Assembly (NCBI GenBank): GCA_021108055.1
Contig: JAIORR010000233.1
Coordinates: 1 to 27,342 of the forward strand
Origin: Candidatus Cloacimonadota bacterium
GTDB lineage: Bacteria > Cloacimonadota > Cloacimonadia > Cloacimonadales > TCS61
DNA: 27,342 nucleotides
Direction of reading: 5' to 3'
Numbering within the stretch: position 1 is the first letter of the stretch; each line of letters starts with the position of its first letter. The notes below the pieces were generated by a model. It did no database searches. It had not been told where the DNA came from and worked only from the letters and a program-made list of their open reading frames with translations. Shown here in pieces: positions 19,101 to 27,342 of the stretch. Position numbers and translations under genes: made by a program.

Positions 19101-20324
19101 ATGAGTAATATAAAAATTCTTTTTCTGATTTTATTAATTCTATGTTTTTGGAATTGTTCAAAAAAAATTGAAAAGGAGAATTCTGAAAATGAAAAAATTG
19201 GTGAAAGTTTCAAAACAGAAAAAGTTGATACCATAAAATATAAAGAAACAGCAAATAAAAATAAAGAAAAAATAAAATTTAAGAAAAAGAAAAATCTGAA
19301 AATTAATTTTACCCGCGGGATATATCTTACTGCATATACAGTTGCATCAAAATATTTTTATTCAATATTAGATAGTGCAGAAGCTGCAGAAATAAACACT
19401 GTAATTTTCGACCTAAAAAACATGAATGGGACCATTTTCTTTTCAATGCACCAAAAAGACTCCCTGACGCACAAAAAATCAAATCCGATAATCAGTATTC
19501 CTAAGGTCACAAAAACGCTCCACGATCGAAATATGAAAGCTGTTGCAAGGGTGGTAATGTTCCATGATCAGTTTTTCGCAGAAAATGATTCTCTTCTCAG
19601 ACCTCAAAAAAATGATGGATCAGCATGGCAGGAAAGTATAAAAAAAAAACCTTCGTGGTTAGATCCGTCAAATCCAAAAGTTCAAAAAGATCTTTTAACA
19701 ATAATTTCGGAAGCAGCAAAACAAGGAGTAGATGAAATTCAATTAGATTATATTAGATTTCCGACTCAGGGAAAATTATCCGAGGCTATTTTTAATTTCC
19801 AGGTGGAAGATTCATTATTTGCTTTGTCGGATAGTAATTATGTTGCAAGGGAAAAGAGAGATATAATTAAAGATTTCCTGGTTAAGGCTAAGAGGATTTG
19901 TTTGGAATACAATGTAACTCTTACGGGTGATGTGTTTGCAATAGTTGCCTGGCAGAGAGAGATCGATATAAAGAATACAGGGCAAGATATTAAGGTGATG
20001 ACGGAGTATCTTGATGCATTACACCCGATGATCTATTCTTCTCATTTTTTTAATAATTTTGGATATAGAGAGGACATCCCAAATGAGCCTTATTATATTG
20101 TTTACAAGGCAACAAAACTGGCACAAAAATATACAAACAAAAATTGTATGGTTATCCCCTACATTCAGTCGAATTCATGGAAGGTTAACTATAAACAGGA
20201 ATACATTATTTCGCAGATAAAAGCGATTGAAAACACAAATGCTAACGGGTATATTCTTTGGAACGCATCGAATAAATATTATAGAACATTAAGGTGGATA
20301 AAAAAATTTAATAATTCAAAATAA
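19101..20324 (+). CDS. Putative glycoside hydrolase (DUF4015-like TIM barrel), probable lipoprotein
   Basis: Hydrophobic signal ending FWNC; RGIYLT, VIFDLK, ARVVMFHD, WLDP, EIQLDYIRFP, PMIYSSHF and LWNASNKY. Start could be ATG 19101 or TTG 19068. Confidence 0.7.
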   Translation: MSNIKILFLILLILCFWNCSKKIEKENSENEKIGESFKTEKVDTIKYKETANKNKEKIKFKKKKNLKINFTRGIYLTAYTVASKYFYSILDSAEAAEINTVIFDLKNMNGTIFFSMHQKDSLTHKKSNPIISIPKVTKTLHDRNMKAVARVVMFHDQFFAENDSLLRPQKNDGSAWQESIKKKPSWLDPSNPKVQKDLLTIISEAAKQGVDEIQLDYIRFPTQGKLSEAIFNFQVEDSLFALSDSNYVAREKRDIIKDFLVKAKRICLEYNVTLTGDVFAIVAWQREIDIKNTGQDIKVMTEYLDALHPMIYSSHFFNNFGYREDIPNEPYYIVYKATKLAQKYTNKNCMVIPYIQSNSWKVNYKQEYIISQIKAIENTNANGYILWNASNKYYRTLRWIKKFNNSK

Positions 20325-20340
20325 TGTTTCACGTGAAACA
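20325..20340. promoter_or_regulatory. parS: parS centromere site TGTTTCACGTGAAACA
   Basis: Exact match to the canonical 16-bp parS palindrome, extending to an 18-bp perfect palindrome at 20324-20341. parAB lie ~10 kb upstream. Confidence 0.93.
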
Positions 20341-20357
20341 TAAACTGCAAAAAACTG

Positions 20358-21029
20358 CTATTTTTCATTAATCACTTTTTTTGTAATGATTGTTTCTATC
20401 TCGGTATTTGTCTTTGCTGTTCTTAAGATGTTCAGGATTTCGTCGTTCATAATTAATTTTGATATATATGATATCGAAAACAAATGCTGGATATCATTAT
20501 GGAGCAAAAGCATGAAGAACAATTTCACGGGTTGATTGTCGAGTGCATCAAATTCAATATCGTTTTTTGATCTTCCGAATATTATTGAAGGTTTCTTTAT
20601 TTTCGAGGGATGTAAATGGCGTGGATGAAGTAATGCAACTCCCTTTCCTATTGCTGTGGAAACAAGTTCTTCTCGAGCAACTACAACCTGATATAACCAT
20701 CTATGATCTCTTACGATTTTCAGATTTTTTGCACATTTTGACATCTCTGCTATTGCCTCATATTTATTATCAGCATCAAATTCGAGATGAATATATTTTG
20801 GTTTAAAATAATCAGAAAATCTACATACAGATCGTTTTAAAGCAAGCTTCTCTATCTCTCTATCGTTTAAGTTTGCTAACCATTCATCAACTTCTGCCTT
20901 ATCGATCTGGTAAGTGTTGCCTCTTTTTATAGCTTTAAACACTTTAGACTTTATCATTTCGCGAATAACAGAATCATTTACTTTGAGAAAATTAGCAGCT
21001 TGCCTTAAAGTTAAAAATTCTTTTTCCAT
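20358..21029 (-). CDS. Excisionase-like HTH domain fused to PTS EIIA (Ntr/Fru-type) domain
   Basis: N-terminal LTLRQAANFLKV...QIDKAEVDEWL; C-terminal REELVSTAIGKGVALLHPR (H135) and FDALDNQPVKLFFML. SD GGGAG. Confidence 0.88.
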   Translation of the reverse strand: MEKEFLTLRQAANFLKVNDSVIREMIKSKVFKAIKRGNTYQIDKAEVDEWLANLNDREIEKLALKRSVCRFSDYFKPKYIHLEFDADNKYEAIAEMSKCAKNLKIVRDHRWLYQVVVAREELVSTAIGKGVALLHPRHLHPSKIKKPSIIFGRSKNDIEFDALDNQPVKLFFMLLLHNDIQHLFSISYISKLIMNDEILNILRTAKTNTEIETIITKKVINEK

Positions 21030-21081
21030 ATCTTACTCCCTTATAATATTTATTTTACCTTAATTGGTTTTATGTGTTTTT

Positions 21082-21114
21082 TCTGTCAAGCATTACGAGT
21101 ATTTTCTTGACAGA
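21082..21114. promoter_or_regulatory. Inverted repeat TCTGTCAAG-N15-CTTGACAGA; back-to-back TTGACA hexamers in a divergent intergenic region
   Basis: Perfect 9-bp arms, each containing TTGACA on the strand of the adjacent gene. I found no clean -10 at canonical spacing. Confidence 0.5.
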
Positions 21115-21140
21115 TTTATACATTTCAAATTGCTAAATCT

Positions 21141-21629
21141 ATGAAATATTTTGTAATAATTGTAGTTGTATTAGTAATAAGTTCTTGCAGTTATTCGGTT
21201 TATTCGAGTGGATATCCTCACTTGAAGACGATCATGATTCAACCGTTTATTAATAATTCAACTAATTATGAGTTAGACGAGATTGTTTTCAACAGTCTGT
21301 CAGATTATTTTAATAATGACGGCAGATTAAAAATTGTCGGGCTTTCTCCCGATTGTCAGCTTGAAGGTGAAATCTTGGATTACTCAAACAATATTATCAC
21401 CTACGAAGGCGCTGATGTAGATGAATATGAAGTCAGAATACTTTTTAAGGTCGTTTTTAGTGACTTAAAGAAAAACAATGTTATCTGGCAAAATAACACA
21501 ATTGCATTATCTGAAACATATTCCTCTGTAAGCACTACAAGTAATTATTCTACTGAAGAAGAAGCTCAGAAAAAAATAATAAAAGATCTTTTCGATATGA
21601 TTCTCAGGGAAAGTCTTGAAGAATGGTAA
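21141..21629 (+). CDS. lptE: LPS assembly lipoprotein LptE-like
   Basis: Lipobox ISSC-SY, IMIQPFINNS, LEGEILDY and E....KIIKDLF pattern. Confidence 0.78.
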   Translation: MKYFVIIVVVLVISSCSYSVYSSGYPHLKTIMIQPFINNSTNYELDEIVFNSLSDYFNNDGRLKIVGLSPDCQLEGEILDYSNNIITYEGADVDEYEVRILFKVVFSDLKKNNVIWQNNTIALSETYSSVSTTSNYSTEEEAQKKIIKDLFDMILRESLEEW

Positions 21630-22342
21630 GAATAAATAAATATCTCGCTCAATGCAATCTTGGTTCACGAAGAAAAGTAGAGGAATTCATAAAAGAAGGT
21701 AAAATAACTCTTAATGGAAAAATAGTAAAAGATCTTTCAGTAAAGATAGACCCCAAGAATGATATTATCGAATATGATAAAAAAAAAATTGAATTTAATT
21801 TTGAAAAAATGTATTTAATGCTGAATAAACCTAAAAAATACATTACAACAAAATTTGATGAATTTAGCAGAAATACTGTTTATCAATTGCTTCCGGATTT
21901 TGATCAAAATATATTCTCCGTAGGAAGATTAGATTATATGTCGGAAGGATTACTTATTTTTACCAACGATGGTGACTTTGCGAATAAGATCATTCATCCT
22001 CGAAATAAATTTCCAAAAGTGTATAAAGTGATCATTAAAGGATCTTTGAGCATTGAGAAAATAAATCAACTTAGAAGCGGTATTATGATCGACGGTATAA
22101 AAACTCGACCTGCAATTGTTCATAAAAAAAAATCTGACAGCAATACTTCTACTTTTAGAATAACGATTTATGAAGGAAGAAAACGGCAAATTCGATATAT
22201 GATAAAAAGTGTTGGTTCAGAGGTTTTGGAATTAAAGAGATTACAGATCGGTAACATTAAATTAGGTAAACTTCCGTTAGGAATGTGGCGAATGTTAAAG
22301 CCTTCGGAAATAGAATCTTTTAATAATAAAAGGAAAATTTAA
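21623..22342 (+). CDS. rluB: rRNA pseudouridine synthase, RluB/RsuA family
   Basis: S4 domain RINKYLA...SRR, LNKPKKY, GRLDYMSEGLL and IYEGRKRQIRYM. Confidence 0.85.
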   Translation: MVRINKYLAQCNLGSRRKVEEFIKEGKITLNGKIVKDLSVKIDPKNDIIEYDKKKIEFNFEKMYLMLNKPKKYITTKFDEFSRNTVYQLLPDFDQNIFSVGRLDYMSEGLLIFTNDGDFANKIIHPRNKFPKVYKVIIKGSLSIEKINQLRSGIMIDGIKTRPAIVHKKKSDSNTSTFRITIYEGRKRQIRYMIKSVGSEVLELKRLQIGNIKLGKLPLGMWRMLKPSEIESFNNKRKI

Positions 22343-22348
22343 AATATC

Positions 22349-23428
22349 ATGAAAATAGGATTTATTGGACTTCAAAATTCAGGGAAAACCACTATATTCA
22401 ATGCATTGACCGGGCTTCATGCTGATATAGATTCATACTCTATGAAAAAAGTAGAACCAAATATTGGGATTGTTGAGGTGATCGATGAAAGGATAACAAA
22501 GCTTTCGGAAATCTATCAACCGGAAAAAACATTATATGCAAATATCGAATATATCGATTTCGTTGGTCTTCCTAAAAAATCAGATAAAAAAAACATTCTC
22601 TCTGAAGATCTTTTAAGACTTGGAAAGACAACAGATGCCATAGCATTAGTCGTAAGGAATTTCAGAGATGATATTATTTCTCAGACTCAGGGTGATTCCG
22701 ATCCATTAACAAATATCGAAACAATTGAATCCGACCTTATTATCTCTGATCTTATCATTGCAGAGAAGAGATTGGAGAAGATCGAATTAAGTAAAAAACG
22801 TGGCATAAAAGATCAATCTCTTTTGATTGAAGAAAAAGCAATCAAGAAAGCTATTGATTTTTTGGAAAGGGATGAAGCTCTACGAAATTTAGATATCTCC
22901 GAAGAAGAGTTAAAATCTATTCGTGGTTTTCAATTTCTTAGTCAGAAACCATTGATGATCATCTTGAACTCAGATGAAAATAATTTTGGAAAGAATCAAG
23001 AATTACTCAAGAAAATCAAGTTAAAATATCAAGTTATAGAGTTTGCAGGTAATTTTGAAATGGAACTTATTAATCTTACCGCAGATGAAGCGAAAGAATT
23101 CATGGACGATATAAATATTAAAGAATCTGCAAGAGACCGACTAACAAAATTTTCTTACGAATTACTTGGTTATATTAGTTTTTTTACTGTTGGAAAAGAT
23201 GAAGTCCGAGCCTGGACATTAAAAAAAGGTTGCAATGCTGTGGAGGCTGCCGGTAAAATACATTCTGACCTTGCCCGTGGATTCATCAGGGCAGAGTGCT
23301 TTTCTTATAATGATCTTATCAATTGTGGTACCGAGAAAGCAATTAGAGAAAAAGGACTTTTCAGGTTAGAAGGGAAAAATTATATTGTCAAAGATGGAGA
23401 CATATTAAATATCAGATTCAGCGTTTGA
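22349..23428 (+). CDS. ychF: Obg-family ATPase YchF
   Basis: GLQNSGKTT, DFVGL, FFTVGKDEVRAW, AGKIHSDLARGFIRAE and YIVKDGD. Confidence 0.95.
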   Translation: MKIGFIGLQNSGKTTIFNALTGLHADIDSYSMKKVEPNIGIVEVIDERITKLSEIYQPEKTLYANIEYIDFVGLPKKSDKKNILSEDLLRLGKTTDAIALVVRNFRDDIISQTQGDSDPLTNIETIESDLIISDLIIAEKRLEKIELSKKRGIKDQSLLIEEKAIKKAIDFLERDEALRNLDISEEELKSIRGFQFLSQKPLMIILNSDENNFGKNQELLKKIKLKYQVIEFAGNFEMELINLTADEAKEFMDDINIKESARDRLTKFSYELLGYISFFTVGKDEVRAWTLKKGCNAVEAAGKIHSDLARGFIRAECFSYNDLINCGTEKAIREKGLFRLEGKNYIVKDGDILNIRFSV

Positions 23429-23438
23429 TGGAGAGAAA

Positions 23439-25706
23439 ATGAACAAAGAAACTAAAATACAATTCTGGCATATTTTTATTGGAATAGTTATTATTCTATT
23501 CTCTATTCTAATGCTTTTTGCTATTTCCGGTAATATTTTATATTTAGTAAAGGATTACAGGATTCTTCAAAACTCAGAATTATCTTTTTTTAGAATTATT
23601 AAACTTGATTTTCCCTTACTTTCCAATCCAATAGGACCATTTGGTGTTTTTTTCGGCTTCTGGATAGTTTATATTTTTGGTAAATTCTTCAGTATTTCAT
23701 TGCTTCTTGGAACTGCACTCCTTGGCTTCTTCAGTATTTTTCTTAGAACAGAAAAACATCCCTTTCAAAAAACGATCTGTTTCATTGTTTTTGCTTTTTT
23801 CTTTAATTTAATTCTCTTTATACTACGTCCGGAATCTCAACTAAATGCAGGATTGATCCCCTGGGAGTTTTTTCAATTTTTAATTAGAATATTTGATTAT
23901 ACCGGAACGCTTATTATATCGTTAGCTTTAGTGATAGTATGTCTCCTTTTCATCTTTGAGGTTGACAATGTTACTAAATTCTTTAAATTTATATTCAAGG
24001 CTTCTTACAGTTTTTTGAAATTTGTATTCAAGAAAGAACCCAATAAAATAGTTAAGTTAAAGAAGGAAAAGAAAATATTTCCTAAAAAGATAAAAATAAT
24101 CGATGATGAAAAAAAACCTCTTACAATTCCAAATATAACTGATCATGTTTTATCAAATAAGAAAAAAGAAACAGAAATAAAAAAAACCAAGCCTGAGAAA
24201 TTTGTACGTAAACTTTCTCAGGATAAAAAAGATATGCCGGATGAACCTTTGAGAAAATATGTAATACCCGATATCGAAGATTTCCTTACCAGTACACAAT
24301 CCACTAAAAGAGATAGGGAAGAGATTGAAGCGAATATAAAGCATGTCAGTGAAATATTAGTTCAAAAACTTGCTGAATTCAATGTGGAAGCTGAAGTTAA
24401 GAACGTAAATATTGGACCCATTATAACTCAATATGAAATTGAACCGGCACCAGGAGTAAAAGTTAATAAATTCCATGCATTAGCAGACGACCTGTCACTC
24501 GCTATCAAAGCAACAAGCATAAGAGTTCAGGCTCCGATACCGGGTAGAGGACTGGTTGGTATCGAAATACCAAATGTTTACAGGGATACGATTTACTTGA
24601 AGGATGTCATGCTTTCTGCTGAAATGAAAGCGATAAAAAGCAAACTTGTATTCGGGCTGGGAAAAGATATTGCAGGAAAACCCTTCGTTGCGGATCTTTC
24701 TTTAATGCCGCATCTTCTGATTGCCGGAGCCACCGGATCGGGAAAAAGCGTGTGCGTAAATTCACTTATCTGCAGCTTACTGTTTAGAGTTACTCCCGAA
24801 GAAGTACGTTTTATACTCATTGATCCGAAAAGAATAGAATTATCCGTTTATGAAGGAATTCCTCATCTAATACAAAATGTTGTTACAAACAACGAAGATG
24901 CACTTATTGCTCTGGATTGGAGTGTTGCGGAAATGGATAAAAGATACGACCTTTTTCAGAAATACAAAGTTAAAAGTCTCAACGCCTACAATAAAGAAAT
25001 AACGAAATTACGGAAAAAAGATGGTTCCATAGAAGAGGATACTCTTCCATTTATAGTTATCATTGTAGATGAATTAGCAGATTTAATGATGACAGTTGGC
25101 AGAGAAGTAGAACGTCCAATAACGCGGCTTGCACAGATGGCTCGTGCGATCGGTATTCATCTTGTTCTCGCTACACAGCGACCTTCGATAAAAGTTATTA
25201 CCGGAATTATTAAAGCAAATTTTCCGTCCAGGATCGCCTTCCAGGTTTCTTCAAAGATCGATTCGAGAGTAATTATCGATGCCAATGGTGCTGAAAAACT
25301 TCTCGGGCTGGGAGATAGCCTTTATTTACCGCCGGGATCTGGTAAAACGGAACGAATTCACGGAGCATTCATAAAACCTTCGGAAATTCATGATCTTATC
25401 GATTATTTGAAAACGCAGCCTAAACCGGAAAAAGAGATCACAATCATTTCAGAGACACAATCAGAAATAGGAGATTTCGATTATGATGACGAACTTTTCC
25501 CAGAAGCTGCTGTGGCTGTTGTAACTGCCGGAACAGCATCTGTTTCTATGCTGCAAAGACATTTTAAAATTGGATATGCCAGGGCAGGAAGACTTATTGA
25601 TATGATGGAAAAAGCTGGTATAATCGGACCGCATGTGGGAAGTAAATCACGAGAAGTTTTGTCTACAGAAGAGGATATGAAAATTTATGGTTTTATTCCG
25701 GATTAA
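23439..25706 (+). CDS. ftsK: DNA translocase FtsK/SpoIIIE
   Basis: N-terminal TM domain, GPIITQYE, IAGATGSGKS, IVDELADLM, LATQRPS and gamma domain LQRHFKIGYARAGRLID. Confidence 0.96.
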   Translation: MNKETKIQFWHIFIGIVIILFSILMLFAISGNILYLVKDYRILQNSELSFFRIIKLDFPLLSNPIGPFGVFFGFWIVYIFGKFFSISLLLGTALLGFFSIFLRTEKHPFQKTICFIVFAFFFNLILFILRPESQLNAGLIPWEFFQFLIRIFDYTGTLIISLALVIVCLLFIFEVDNVTKFFKFIFKASYSFLKFVFKKEPNKIVKLKKEKKIFPKKIKIIDDEKKPLTIPNITDHVLSNKKKETEIKKTKPEKFVRKLSQDKKDMPDEPLRKYVIPDIEDFLTSTQSTKRDREEIEANIKHVSEILVQKLAEFNVEAEVKNVNIGPIITQYEIEPAPGVKVNKFHALADDLSLAIKATSIRVQAPIPGRGLVGIEIPNVYRDTIYLKDVMLSAEMKAIKSKLVFGLGKDIAGKPFVADLSLMPHLLIAGATGSGKSVCVNSLICSLLFRVTPEEVRFILIDPKRIELSVYEGIPHLIQNVVTNNEDALIALDWSVAEMDKRYDLFQKYKVKSLNAYNKEITKLRKKDGSIEEDTLPFIVIIVDELADLMMTVGREVERPITRLAQMARAIGIHLVLATQRPSIKVITGIIKANFPSRIAFQVSSKIDSRVIIDANGAEKLLGLGDSLYLPPGSGKTERIHGAFIKPSEIHDLIDYLKTQPKPEKEITIISETQSEIGDFDYDDELFPEAAVAVVTAGTASVSMLQRHFKIGYARAGRLIDMMEKAGIIGPHVGSKSREVLSTEEDMKIYGFIPD

Positions 25707-26304
25707 AATTAGTTTTTTACTATTGTTATTATCATTATCTCTTTTCTCAAGCGAAAATGACCTTGAAGAAATATACAATAATATACTTATATCATATTCT
25801 GCTATAAAGACTTATAAAGCTGACTTTGCACAGGAAAATTACTGGAATGAATTAGAAGTTCACAAAAAATCTTATGGAAAAATATATTATGATACCGAAT
25901 GTTTTCTATTGGATTATACAGAACCGGAGGGTCAGAAACTACTCTTAACTACAGATGATATAACGATATATGACTCTGCTTCAAAACAAATTATGATTTC
26001 CAATGACATACAAACCGAACTCAGACCGGATAAATTCATCTCCCGATATTGGGATGTTTCAAAAAAGGAAGTGGTGGAACATAACGGAAACGAGATTCGG
26101 ATCAAACTTCTAACTCCCGATAAAGAGTGCATTCATATCCATATCGTGGATTTTTATATCGTGGATTTTCTGATAATAGACGAAAGTTTAAATAGTGTTT
26201 CTTATACTTTTTTTTCTGAAGAAAAGAATATTGTTCTACCTGATGACATTTTTAAGTTGACTATTCCAGATGATTTCAATGTTCTTGATACCAGAAACAG
26301 GTAG
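25687..26304 (+). CDS. Outer-membrane lipoprotein carrier LolA-like protein
   Basis: Signal peptide, ADFAQE..., G.IYY, DYTEPEGQ and IYDS..KQ; follows ftsK as in the conserved ftsK-lolA order. Confidence 0.75.
   Translation: MVLFRIKISFLLLLLSLSLFSSENDLEEIYNNILISYSAIKTYKADFAQENYWNELEVHKKSYGKIYYDTECFLLDYTEPEGQKLLLTTDDITIYDSASKQIMISNDIQTELRPDKFISRYWDVSKKEVVEHNGNEIRIKLLTPDKECIHIHIVDFYIVDFLIIDESLNSVSYTFFSEEKNIVLPDDIFKLTIPDDFNVLDTRNR
26141..26169 (+). repeat. In-frame 15-nt-period tandem duplication ATATCGTGGATTTT x2
   Basis: 14-nt copies at 26141-26154 and 26156-26169, encoding IVDFY-IVDFL. Confidence 0.6.
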
Positions 26305-26401
26305 CAAAAAAAGTTCATAATTTTACTTTGGATTCTTAGATAAATTAGTCGAGAAAATATTAATTATTATATAAACAACAAGTAGATAGAAGGAGATTAT
26401 T

Positions 26402-27342
26402 ATGTTAGCTTTAATTATGGCAGGTGGCGTGGGTACCCGATTTTGGCCTTTAAGCCGTCAATCGAATCCCAAACAATTCTTAAATATAGTTTCCGATAAT
26501 TCAATGATCCGGATGACAGTGGAAAGACTTCTTCCACGTATAAAAATAGAAGATGTTTTTATTGTTACTGCCGGATCACAATCTGAACTCACAAAAAAGC
26601 ATCTTCCGGACCTTCCGGAAGAAAATATTATCATCGAACCTTTCGGAATGAATACTGCTCCCTGTATTGCCCTTAGTGCTCAATATCTCGCCCGTAAGTA
26701 TGACAAATCAGAAAAAATGATAGTGTTGCCGGCTGACCATTTAATTGCTCAGAAAGACGATTTCCTGGACTCTCTGGAAGTAGGTGAAACTTCAGCAGAT
26801 ATAGATAACCTGGTTACATTCGGGATAAAGCCAGATTATCCAGCCACAGGTTACGGCTATATCGAGGCTGGGCAAAAGATTGATGATAAAAGATCCTTCG
26901 TAAAACAATTCAAGGAAAAACCTGATCTGGAAACTGCAGAAGCTTTCTTGAAAGCAGGAAATTTTTTCTGGAACAGCGGCATGTTCATGTGGAAGATCGA
27001 AACCATTCTTAAAGCTTATCAGGATTATCTTCCCGAAGTTGTTACAGTTCTAAAAAAGATAAATACTAAATGGGATGCGGAAGGATTATCTGCCGACTTT
27101 TCCGAAGAATACGCATTAATGCCAAAAGTTCCGGTGGATATCGGCATCATGGAAAAAGCAGAAAAACGAGTTGTGATTCCGGTAGATTATGGCTGGAGTG
27201 ATGTGGGAAGCTGGAAAGCACTCTATGACGTTTCACAAAAAGATGAAAATAACAATGTCCTTAGATGCCAAAACGAAATAATTAAAAGCAAAAACAATTA
27301 TGTATTTTCAGAGAAATTTGTAGCTCTCATAGGAGTGGAGAA
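26402..27342 (+). CDS. manC: Mannose-1-phosphate guanylyltransferase (3' partial, runs off the window; not in ORF track)
   Basis: My translation: MLALIMAGGVGTRFWPLSR..PKQFL, EPFGMNTAP, PADH, TFGIKP.YPATGYGYIE, FKEKPD, WNSGMF and WSDVGSW. SD AAGGAG. Confidence 0.93.
   Translation, partial: MLALIMAGGVGTRFWPLSRQSNPKQFLNIVSDNSMIRMTVERLLPRIKIEDVFIVTAGSQSELTKKHLPDLPEENIIIEPFGMNTAPCIALSAQYLARKYDKSEKMIVLPADHLIAQKDDFLDSLEVGETSADIDNLVTFGIKPDYPATGYGYIEAGQKIDDKRSFVKQFKEKPDLETAEAFLKAGNFFWNSGMFMWKIETILKAYQDYLPEVVTVLKKINTKWDAEGLSADFSEEYALMPKVPVDIGIMEKAEKRVVIPVDYGWSDVGSWKALYDVSQKDENNNVLRCQNEIIKSKNNYVFSEKFVALIGVE

Noticed and set aside
20870-21029. Prophage or ICE excisionase
   Set aside because: The HTH is fused to a PTS EIIA domain, and there is no integrase, att repeat or phage gene nearby.
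26141-26169. Tandem repeat in the lolA-like gene as a contingency locus
   Set aside because: It has only two copies and is in-frame, so there is no phase-variation potential.

Overview
AT-rich chromosomal core region of a diderm bacterium (it has LptE, LolA-like and outer-membrane barrel genes). Affiliation with Cloacimonadota or the FCB group is an inference only. It is probably near the replication origin, since it carries rsmG-parA-parB-(M23, bactofilin)-atp and a perfect parS palindrome at 20325-20340. All genes except one lie on the + strand. Order: outer-membrane barrel, RecJ-like DHH protein, 2x[4Fe-4S] ferredoxin (missed by the ORF track), archaeal-type geranylgeranyl reductase, dolichol/phytol-kinase-like protein, polyprenol-phosphate GT2, eukaryote-type UGPase, rsmG, parA, parB, M23 peptidase, bactofilin, F1Fo operon (atpZ, atpI, a, triple-hairpin c, single c, b, delta, alpha, gamma, beta, epsilon), DUF4015-like lipoprotein, parS, HTH-PTS EIIA (minus strand), lptE, rluB-like, ychF, ftsK, lolA-like and a partial manC. 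Highlights: (1) a predicted Na+ F-ATPase with a hybrid rotor made of a two-carboxylate single c and a 6-TM triple c with only one carboxylate; (2) a ferredoxin-GGR-isoprenoid kinase-GT2-UGPase cluster that suggests a dolichol-like or saturated isoprenoid pathway in a bacterium; (3) atpA broken by an inferred ~19-nt deletion. I recognised no rRNA, tRNA, CRISPR array or transposase.
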